This document shows, piece after piece, positions 1-10,199 of a stretch of DNA of 36,890 nucleotides. Under the pieces are notes generated by a model. The model worked only from the letters and a program-made list of their open reading frames with translations, was not told the origin of the DNA and did not search any database. Within the stretch, counting starts at the first letter, position 1. Each line of letters begins with the position of its first letter. The DNA is from Octopus bimaculoides (taxonomy: Eukaryota). Location: contig NC_069005.1 in assembly GCF_001194135.2 (NCBI RefSeq), positions 22,663,376 through 22,700,265 of the forward strand, written 5' to 3'. Position numbers and translations under genes: made by a program.

Positions 1-980
1 ATATATATAAAGAAAACAGAAAATGGATAAGTACTGATGAACAACAATTGACTTACATCAATTATTATTTATTAATTCAATGCAAGTAGACTGCAGTCAA
101 TTTTGATTCTTGATAAACCCATGTTTATCCTTGTCTTTACCTATAATTTATGAGCATAATATGTTTGCATATGTATGCCCATGGTTAAACATAGGTAATA
201 TGCCAGTAGTGCAATGGATACCTCTGTCCCTTAGCCGGTTATTTTATTATTCTTAAACAAGAATGTTGCTGACATTGAATTAGTAGTTTCAGTCAGCTAA
301 GACATTGCCCGGGCTGTCTGATGATGGCTCAGCAGGCCATGACCTCAAAGTCAATGTCAACAACATTCTTGTATAAGAATATTAAATGTGTATGTGTGTG
401 TGTATGTTTGTAGATAGATACATAGGCAAACCGACAGATAGATTTGCTTCTTTGTTATTCACATGTTGAAATACTGATTATTATAAGTAGTTTCGTTGCT
501 GTTTTGATAGAAAGTGCTACTATGCAAAAGCTTCTGCTCTGACATAAGTATTATTTTTGTTAATACTGAATAAATGATATTTATAAAAATTACTCAGGCC
601 GTGGTAACTAGGAGAGCAATGATAAGTGTCATAAGCCATTCATTGGGACACCAGCAAAAGATTTTTGTATCTCCATGTTATCTATGCAGAGCAATCAGTA
701 ATGACATCCTGATCATGTGGTGCAGTTTTGAATAAATACCCTGGCAACATAGTTAGGGAGCAAAGTTGCTAGACAACCACTCAGGCCAGAAATCATTCAG
801 GTCTCTCCTCAATCAAGTTATTTAGCTCTCAAAGGGTACAGTCCACTTAGCTGTAAACAGGTACCAGTGTCTATGCAAGTAATAGCTGTAATACTGTTAA
901 CCTATCAAATGTTTTTGTCACTTTCTCGTCCTTCAACTCCTTAATGTATCTTATCTGATAAATTAGCACAAAAGGGCATG

Positions 981-1485
981 TGTGGCATGGATGTGTGGTA
1001 AGAAGCTTTAGACAAGTGTCTTCTACTATTGTTGTTGGTGCTCCGTCGCATATGACGTCGAGGGTTCCAGTTGATCCGATCAACGGAACAGCCTGCTCGT
1101 GAAATTAATGTGCAAGTGGCTGAGCACTCCACAGACACGTGTACCCTTAACGTAGTTCTTGGAGATATTCAGTGTGACACAGTGTGACAAGGCTGGCCCT
1201 TTGAATTACAGGCACAACAGAAACAGGAAGTAAGAGTGAGAGAAAGTTGTGGTGAAAGAGTACAGCAGGGTTCGCCACCATCCCCTGCCGGAGCCTCGTG
1301 GAGCTTTAGGTGTTTTCGCTCAATAAACACTCACAACGCCCGGTCTGGGAATCAAAACCGTGATCCTATGACCGCAAGTCCGCTGCCCTAACCACTGGGC
1401 CATTGCGCCTCCGCGTCTTCTACTATAATCTCAGGCCAACCAAAGCCTTGTGAATTTGGCAGATGGAAACTGAAAGCAGCCCATC

Positions 1486-1522
<37 letters not shown>

Positions 1523-1700
1523 TGTGTTTGTCCCCCACTACTGCTTGACAGCCAGTGTTGGTGCATTTATGTCCCTGTAACTTAGTAGCTTGGCAAAAAA
1601 GACTGATAGAATAAGTTACCAGGCTTAAGAAAAAAAAGTACTGGGATCAATCCATTCAACTAAAAATTCTTCCAGGCAATACCCCAATATGGCCGTAGTA
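981..1700 (+). mobile_element. SINE family C (tRNA-like head, internal (TG)n/(TA)n microsatellite), split by the family A insertion
   Basis: Head gtggtaagaagctt...aagtgtcttctactat resumes after the insertion and continues ccaaagccttgtga...gaaactgaaag, microsatellite, tgtttgtccccc...ccccaatatggccg. Confidence 0.75.
1030..1412 (-). mobile_element. Full-length SINE family A, nested in a family C SINE
   Basis: Reverse complement of the 33847 element; 14-bp TSD GYGTCTTCTACTAT (1016-1029 / 1413-1426). Confidence 0.9.
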
Positions 1701-1760
1701 ATAGTTTGACAGGAGCCGACCATTATTTACATTTGACGGATTCTCATCTAGTTTGTTGTT

Positions 1761-1806
1761 AACACAACGTTTCAGCTGATATACCCTCCAGCCTTCATCA
1801 GGTGTC
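1761..1806 (-). ncRNA. Penelope-type minimal type I hammerhead ribozyme motif
   Basis: Minus strand reads GACAC-CUGAUGA-A-GGCUG-GAGGGUAUAU-CAGCU-GAAA-CGUU-GUGUU: both core boxes, stem II, stem I (GACAC/GUGUU) and palindromic AACGUU in place of stem III. Confidence 0.65.
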
Positions 1807-2099
1807 TTGGAGAAATTTCAAACTTGGGTTCTCATTCCTAAGGTATTTTTCGATGTTATTATTGTTATTATTATTATTATTATTATGATTATTATTATTA
1901 TTCAGATCACTGCCTGGAATAGAACTCGGAATCTTAACCACTACACCATATGCTGTTCAGGTTACATGTCTGTTTTGGCATGGTTTCTATGGCCTGATTC
2001 CCTTCCAAATGCCAACCACTTTACAGAGTATACTGGGTGTTTTTACAAGCACCAGTAGGGGTCATTTTTACATGGCACCAGCACATACGAGCCTGCAAG

Positions 2100-2360
2100 A
2101 TTAGGGATGCTCAGCTGGAGAGGGTTGCAGGAGATGAGCCTGTATGCAAAGGCAACCATGCTTTTAGGTAGCTTGATGTGTCTTTTCAAGCACAGCAAAC
2201 AGCTAGGAATCTCTGTCCCCTATCATCCCCTCTGTGAGTCCCAACGTTTGTAGATCCTTTCTCACCATTTTGTCCCACGTTTTCCTTAGTCTACCCCTTC
2301 CGCATGTTCCCTCTACAATTAGAGATCTGCACCGCTTGATGCAACTGTCCTTATTCACAT
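2100..2360 (-). mobile_element. LINE 3' end relic
   Basis: CIKRCRSLIVEGTCGRGRLRKTWDKMVRKDL, a typical RTE-like C-terminal RGRPxKTW motif, plus 3'UTR. Confidence 0.75.
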
Positions 2361-2446
2361 GCATGAAATAATGCATGGTTAATTCAAAACTATGTGAATA
2401 AATAAGTATTATATTTGATAATAATCTGAATACTAAAGAATTTATG

Positions 2447-2907
2447 TGGCCGTTGCCAGTATCGCCTGACTGGCCTTCATGCTGGTGGCATGTAAAAGCA
2501 CCCACTACACACTCGGAGTGGTTGGCGTTAGAAAGGGTATCCAACTGTAGAAACTCTGCCAAATCAGATTGGAGCCTGGTGTAGCCATCTGGTTTCAGCA
2601 GTCCTCAGTCAAATCGTCCAACCCATGCTAGCATGGAAAGCGGACGTTAAACGATGATGATGATGATGATGATATATATATATTGAGCATGGCCGTTGCT
2701 AGTACCACCTGACTGGCCTTCGTGCCAGTGACACATAAAAGCACCCACTACACTCTCGGAGTGGTTGGCGTTAGAAAGGGCATCCAACTGTAGAAACTCT
2801 GCCAAATCAGATTGGAGCCTGGTGTAGCCATCTGGTTTCACCAGTCCTCAGTCAAATCGTCCAACCCATGCTAGCATGGAAAGCAGACGTTAAACAACGA
2901 CGACGAT
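2447..2907 (+). mobile_element. Two head-to-tail copies (2447-2671, 2690-2907) of a (GAT)n-tailed SINE/LINE-3'UTR repeat (family B)
   Basis: Both end gcatggaaagc.gacgttaaac followed by a (GAT/GAC)n tail; both start at tggccgttgc. Confidence 0.8.
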
Positions 2908-2994
2908 TACATGGTCACCCAGGTGAAATAGGTATCGAAAGGGTCTACTGGCAAAAACACAGTAGAGAATCTCTGATGTGGAAGCTTCGTTTAC

Positions 2995-3240
2995 ACAGCA
3001 ACAATAGCAGCAGCAGCAGCAGCAACAGTAGCAGCAGTAGCAACTGTAATGGCAGCAACAGATGCAGCAGCAGTAACAACAACATCAGCTTCAGCAGCAG
3101 CAGCAGCAACAACAACAGCTGCATCAGCAGCAACCACAATGACAACAATTGACCTACAACAATAACAATAACAACAGCAGCAACAATATCAACAACAGAA
3201 GCAGCAGCAGCAGTCAGCATCATCAACATCAGCATCACAA
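2995..3240. repeat. (CAG/CAA)n trinucleotide microsatellite
   Basis: Direct inspection. Confidence 0.95.
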
Positions 3241-3439
3241 CCTGACATTAGATTGCATTACATTACAAGACAATACATTACACTGTATCTAATCTGTAAT
3301 ACACCCTTCTGTGTTTCACTACATGACTACCCTACAAAGCTCTGACACAATGTTATATCACATGATGCTATAACACTCTTTAATAGTGCAGTCTGACTAC
3401 ATTACATAACACTATCGTATCCTACACCATACAGCATTG

Positions 3440-3890
3440 TGTGTGTGTGTGTGTGTGTGTGATTGATCATCATCATCGCAATCATCATCATCATTATCAT
3501 CGTCGTCGTTGTCAATGTCATCATCATCAGCATAATAGTGTCATCATCATCATCAACATTATCATCATTGTCGTCGTCTTCATCACTGTCGCCATTGTAA
3601 TCATCATCATCATCATTGTCTTCATTGTCATCATCGTTGTCATCATCATCATCATCATCACCGTCATCATCATCATCATCATTCTTATTGTTGTTATCAT
3701 TGTTATCAGTGTCACTGACATCATCATCATCATTGATATCATCATCATCATCATTATAATCATCATCATCGTCATTATTATCATCACTGTCATCGTCAAC
3801 CTTATCATCATCATCATCATCATTATCAGTGTCACTGACATCATCCTCATCATCATCATTAATATCATCATCATTGTCATCCTCATCTTC
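3440..3890. repeat. (GT)n followed by long degenerate (CAT)n microsatellite
   Basis: Direct inspection; accounts for the poly-I and poly-M pseudo-ORFs. Confidence 0.95.
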
Positions 3891-4249
3891 TAGTGTTCAC
3901 TTTCTGTGCTTACACGACTCATACGGAATTTGTTGAGGCATATTTTTCCAAGGTTGAACGCCCTTCTTGTTGCCAAGCAAGGTAGGGTAGTGTTTCCCTC
4001 ATAGCCAGGCAAGGTTTTATGGCAGACTGGAAGCAAACAATGCTACTTACATGGTGGTGATACTCATTTACAATCATCATATGCTTCAAAACAAGGGCAC
4101 ACACAAAGTCACACACACACACACAGAGTTTCCATCTACCAAATCCTCTTATAGAGCTTTGGCCAACCCAAGATGCCACACAATGGAACTGAACATAAGA
4201 CCATATAGTTAATTTCACAGCCATGTCTGCCTCTTACATACACACATAC

Positions 4250-4290
<41 letters not shown>

Positions 4291-4512
4291 TGACCACTAG
4301 CTACTAAAGCTTTCTTTTTTTATTTTCTCATGTTCCTTTCAGTTGAAGAGTGTAGGCTCGAAATGCAAAAGACTTTCTCACCTTCCCAAGCATNNNNNNN
4401 NNNNNNNNNNNNNNNNNNNNNNNNNNNNNNNNNNNNNNNNNNNNNNNNNNNNNNNNNNNNNNNNNNNNNNNNNNNNNNNNNNNNNNNNNNNNNNNNNNNN
4501 NNNNNNNNNNNN

Positions 4513-4543
<31 letters not shown>

Positions 4544-4829
4544 CAAGGGAAATATGGTACTTAAGTTTAAGCACCAGAATTAAGTATGGTATTATCCAAA
4601 CAATTCCAAAATAAGGTGATTAAAATCAAAATAAGCAACAAGGATATTCAAAGTTAATGCAGTACGATCGTTTCATGCGACTCCATTTATTTAAGCAATG
4701 TGAACATTACATTAAATGTAAAATGCAGAGCAATCTTCAGCTGCACAAAGATATAGAAATTTACTGAAATTTCATTTCAACAGAAGGACATATTATTGTA
4801 ACTACATTTAAACACTCCAAATGGAAAGG

Positions 4830-5370
4830 AAGAATACAAAAAACCATTTTGACTTAGCCAGACCAACTTGTATGGTAGAAAAGATGTGGGTAGAAACTCC
4901 ATACGATGTACCCAGTGTAAGCTATAGACACCTAAAAGGTGCCGCATTATCAAAGGAAGGTTAACCAGCAAGATAGTTTTTGTGTGTGGCAGATGCACAG
5001 GGGCAATAAACACTGAAGATGTACAGAAAACAGATTCCATCACATGCCAGGGGGAAAAACTAGAAGTAGTCGATAGCTTCTACTACCTAGGTGACCAAGT
5101 CAGTAGCAGGAGAGGGTGCACTGAAAGTGTAGCTGCTAGAATAAGAATAGCCTGGGCAAAGTTCTGAGAGCTCTTACCTCTGCTAGCGACAAAGGGCCTC
5201 TTGCTCAGAGTAAAAGGTAGACTGTATGACACATGTGTACGAATAGCCATGCTACATGGTAGTGAAACATGGGCCATGACTGTTGAGGACATGCATAGGT
5301 TTGAAAGTAATGAACCTAGTATGATCTGATGGATGTGTAATGTCAATGTGCAAACACGACAAAATGTGGG
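4830..5370 (+). mobile_element. RTE-like LINE RT fragment (same family)
   Basis: GRNSIRCTQCKL, VCGRCTG, VDSFYYLGDQVSS, RIAWAKF*ELLPLLATKG, LHGSETWAMT; contains stops. Confidence 0.88.
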
Positions 5371-5750
5371 GTAAGTGCATATCAGATAACAGTCTAAGAC
5401 AAACTATATCTGAAATAAAATGTGATGGTCATGGGTGGAATGCCTTTGATCATGAGTCTGTTAGATTAGAGCTGAAAAGAACTTTCAGCAGAACAAAGTT
5501 AATCTCTCAGAGAAAGCTGTGCTGGCTATCCAGTTTCAATTCCCAATTGCAGCTATTTAACTTCATATTTCACATCACAATGGCTTCTTAGAACTGTACA
5601 ATTTGCTAGAAATAGCAGTCAAAACTCCTTGAAAACACTGAAATTCAGGCACTAAAGATTCAAGTGTTGCTGTTGTGGTTAAACTTCCAAGTATAAGTGA
5701 GCCAATATGAGAACTTCAGCATGCTAGAAAAAGTAGTAAAAACTCTACCA

Positions 5751-5797
5751 GGACACCTGAGGAAGGCAGGAGAGTAAATCAGCGGAAATGTTGTGGT
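5751..5797 (+). ncRNA. Degenerate second copy of the same hammerhead-bearing repeat
   Basis: GGACAC-CTGAGGA-A-GGCAG-GAGAGTAAAT-CAGCG-GAAA-TGTT-GTGG; the downstream flank (agatgagga...aatgtaaataatg) also matches the 1720-1760 flank of the first copy. Confidence 0.5.
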
Positions 5798-7029
5798 ACC
5801 AACAAAGAAGATGAGGACGCATATCCATCCAATGTAAATAATGTAAACAATGTGCCTTTAACATGGCATCAGCACTAGTTACAACTATGATTTCACTAAG
5901 CTTGACATGCCTTCTCAAGCACAGCAAATCACCAACAGTCTTGGTCACTTGTCACTACCGGTGTGAAACTCTACATCCAAAGATCATATTTCACTTGTGG
6001 ATTAAACAAAAACAATAACAACACTTGATCCTCAGGCATCTGTACTTTGGCTTGATTTCATAGCTTTTTACTGCTATTTCTAGCATGTTGAAACTCTCAT
6101 ATTGGCTCATTTATACTTGGGGTTTAACAACAATAGCAACACTTGACCGTTTGGTGCCTGAATTTCAGTGGGTTTTCAAGGAGTTTTGACTTCTATTTCT
6201 AGCAAATCATGACTCCCATATAGGACCATTTTTTTTTTTCTTTTTTACTTTATATTACAACTGTTGGTATTTCAAGCCAATGATGCTTTTGAAGTACCAG
6301 AAGTAGTTGGTTGACTGTTAGAAATAACAACCAAATCTTTCTCAAGATACACTCTACAGTTATAGAAAAAGACGTTGGATAATGTGGTCGTGATTTTACT
6401 GGACATAAAGAATAGATGAGATGTTCACTGTTGGATCATAGGTCTGTTTAACTGGGTTTGACCTAATACTAAACAATAACTACTACTACTGCTGCTGCTG
6501 TTGTATGCATAACAAACAGCAAATATACAAAATATGTTGGGTTTTTTTTCCCGAAAATGCACTGACTTTATTAACAAAAAAGAAAATAACAAAAAGATAT
6601 TTAAAAAAATAAATAAGCTATCAACAGAAGAAAGAAAATACTGTGCCATTGTCCTTCCATAACTGACACTGACAACCTGTTTTGGTCTGTTACAGATACT
6701 TTCATCAAAATATTCTAATACATTATTTCTTCAGATTACGTTAAGCTTGAGTTACTTCGACTGAAAGACGTCTTCAGTAGTCACATGTCCCTTCATTATG
6801 TTTGTTCCATCCACAAGTCAATATGTGTGTGTGTGTGTGTGTGTTATTAGATAAGTATATAAATAGAAGCAAAAAATGATTCGCACACATACACACACAT
6901 GCATTCACACATAAGTATACATGTATAAAAACGTATGCATGTGTACGTATGAGTAATAATAAATTATATAATATCGCATTAAGATATGATAGATTATTGT
7001 AGTATATGTTTATGTATGTGTGTATGTAC

Positions 7030-7061
<32 letters not shown>

Positions 7062-7090
7062 ATGTGTATATATGAATATGCACACAAACA

Positions 7091-7280
7091 GTCATATGTC
7101 AGTGTGCTTGTATGACAAAGTGCAAGTGTGCTGAAAGAAAAATCAGGCATAAGAGACATCTGATGTAGTGTGTAAGAGAGAAGACTTTACTGGTGTGGTC
7201 ATGTGATGCATATGGATGAGGACAGCACATAAAGAAGTGCCCATCGCTAAATGTGGATGAAACATGTAGATGTGTAATGA
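7091..7280 (+). mobile_element. LINE 3'-region relic
   Basis: ERRLYWCGHVMHMDED (R.RW.GHV.RM motif). Confidence 0.65.
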
Positions 7281-7359
7281 AGTAGTAACATGTGAATGTT
7301 GAGCCTCATGTGGGAGATGACAAAAGACCACAATGATTGGTGGTTAACTTTATTCAAGC

Positions 7360-7667
7360 CAGTGGTTCTCAACCAGGGTCTGTATGGTATCTGGAGGTCC
7401 ATATAAGATTTTGTGGGGTCCACACAAGCAAAATAGTAAATTTGGGACTGAAAGTAGTATTTTAAGGGTCCATGAAAGCAAAATTTGGCTTTAGATGTAT
7501 TTATTGCAAGAAACAGCTAGGTTTCTTTCTCTAACTTTTTACATAGCTCAACCTACACGTGTGAAGAGCAAAATAACAATTTTTAGACATTGAATGGCTT
7601 TGGGGGGTCCACCAGAGTAGAATAATAGTCAAAGGAGTCCATAGGGAAAAGTGGTTGAAAACCACTG
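7360..7667. mobile_element. hAT-like non-autonomous element (MITE)
   Basis: TIRs CAGTGGTTCTCAACC / GGTTGAAAACCACTG; flanking 8-mers ATTCAAGC and ATCTAAGC (6/8 identical) fit a decayed 8-bp TSD. Confidence 0.8.
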
Positions 7668-7964
7668 ATCTAAGCAAAATATGGCCCTAAAAACATCTTC
7701 CACATGACTCTGCACTCAATCTGTCCTTCACAAACTTTCCAGCTCCAGCATCCCAACTTCTTAACACCCAGTCTGTCCCACAACTCATCTTCCTAACACC
7801 CATCCCTCCATTACTCTCCTAACCACGATACTACTCACTCTGCTGTTGTAATTATGAGAATGGAACTGCACATACTTCATCCCCTACCCCCACAGCTCAC
7901 TCTTCTGGAACCATTTCATTTTTCTCCCTCTCCTCTTGAGCACTGAGTCCTGGACCTTCCTTAA

Positions 7965-8290
7965 ACAGGATCTGAACAAGCTTGAGGTATAACAAATGTG
8001 GTGTCTTCATCAGATCCTTGGTGTTTCTCTATGCGACTGAATCTCAATCAATAAATCTGATAACAATGCCAGCAGCAATAGCTGACCATTGAAGGCGAAG
8101 TCCGGCAGCAAAAGCTACAGTGGTTAAGCCATTCTGCAGGATGAGCACCAAAAGACTACCACACCAACTTTTGTGTCGTGGCAGCGACCCATTCATTGGA
8201 AAATCCAACACTGTGCGCCAAAGAAGACTTGGGAAAAACAAATTGAGGAAGACCTGAAGTATGAGTGCCACAACCTCAAGCATGCTAAGG
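7965..8290 (+). mobile_element. LINE 3' end relic (different family)
   Basis: LNKLEV*QMWCLHQILGVSL, RQQKLQWL, WQRPIHWKIQHCAPKKTWEKQIEEDL, with frameshifts. Confidence 0.7.
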
Positions 8291-10199
8291 CCAGTTCCAT
8301 GATCGGAAAACCTGGAATAACATTATCACCAGAGTCTGTTATCCAGTGGCACCCACAGCAGTGTATTGGTTGAGAGAACAACTCCCCTGTCCAGCCACCA
8401 GCTAGGGATTACAGAAGGAGTTACTTGCCATTCTTTCCTCTGTTTCATATTGACATAAAGAAACCATTGTTCATCACTGGCGACAATACAACAAAGAAAT
8501 CTCTGTGTCTACAAGTAGCCTGGTATTGAGCAAAACTCATAGCAATAGAGGAGCACTGGAGTTTATCTCGTCGATAGGAGAGTCCATCATACACACACAT
8601 ATTTGAAAAGCCAAGAGGTGAATGGAGATTTATTCACATCCAAAACATTTTTATTTAAAAGTATTTTACTGCATATATAACAATGACCAACATATGTTTC
8701 TACTGCAATAATTGCACATTGCTCTTTATGCAATTATGCATTCTAGTCACTGCAATTTCATCAAGGATCCATCACTTATGATGTTTGCAAAGTGAACTAA
8801 TTCAAACAAGCTTCCTGCATTGGTATTCAGTTGAAGGTGATAGTGTTATTTTTTAAATTGAATTGAATTCCGGTCTTATAATCTCCTCTACTGGTATTAC
8901 AGTTGAATCATGGTTTTAAAATGTTGAGAGAACAACTTCCCTTAGATACATTCATGCTGTCACTGATAGTCTGTCTGCTGTATCGTCTTTGCTGTGTTTC
9001 ATGCTCTCTTTGTACATTGCAAATCTCTCTACTTGGTGATGCATGTGTGTGTCATTTTATATCAATTGAGAGGTTTAGAAAGGAAGGTGCCAAAAGTTGA
9101 TATTGGTCGCTGGAGCCTATTCTACTTGTGATTGGCCGGATTTGTTGATCACATGGGTAGTATTTCTTCCAGGTGAAGTCGCAATTGGTCAGATTCATTG
9201 ATCATGTGGGTAACATTCCAATGAATTGCGACATTGGTAATTGTTGAATATTCTCACTACATATGTATTTATATATAGCAAAACAGGAAAGTGGAAATTT
9301 TTTGGTATTATTTATTCTCTATTACACATATATCATTTACTAATAGGAATTCCAAAGTTTTACATGTTAGATAGATATATAAGGAATTTCCTATTAAACA
9401 TTTTTCAGACAGAAAAAAAAAAAAATTATGATATTAATTTTACGTTTGGATGCAGTGTTTATAGTAATCAGGAGCAGTACCAATAATCCAGGAGAAAGAA
9501 AGAGAGAGAGAGATACAAGCAAACACATATGCTGCTATCTAACATGTAAAACTTTTTAATTCCTATTAGCAAATGAAAGATATGTAATAGAGAATAACTA
9601 ATACCAAAAAATTTCCATTTTCCCTTTATAGTTATACAATAACTCTTCAAATATTTCCATAATTCTCAATTTTAATATGTATTTTGACTAATATACAGTA
9701 GCAACTGTCACCACATATTGGATTGTAATAATAGAATAAGATGTGCTTCAAGAACAAATAACTGGGATTTATCCTAACTACCTATATTATGTATGTAAAA
9801 TATAGAGTAGTGAGTTTTTTCAGAAATTTCCCTACCAGTGGCCTAGCATGTATAAAAAGTCAATAGGTAACATATTCTCAATATAAAATAGTGTACATTA
9901 GGCAGTTTTCTCTTGTGTTTAAATGTACACTATTTTATATTGAGAATATATTATCTGTATGTATGTACGTATGTATATAGATTTACTCATAGTTAATAAG
10001 GAAATATTCTGTTTTTATATTACAACTATTAGTTTTTGCCCTAACATTATTTTTCAGGTAATGTGGTGTAAAGTTTAATATTCCGCCTTCATATATATTA
10101 AGAACCAATATGGAGGTGGAATAAAAGATATTTTGCTATTCACCTTCTAGCTCCCATGAAAAAAATATACATTGAATAACCACTATATATAAGCTCTAG

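Noticed and set aside
2868-3893. Long poly-S/L/I/M ORFs
   Set aside because: Translations of (CAG)n and (CAT)n microsatellites.
6735-6790. Minus-strand CTGAAGA...GTCGAAG motif and a + strand acceptor-like site with a short open frame (YVKLELLRLKDVF)
   Set aside because: No GAAA box or stem I for a ribozyme; no donor or recognisable homology for an exon.
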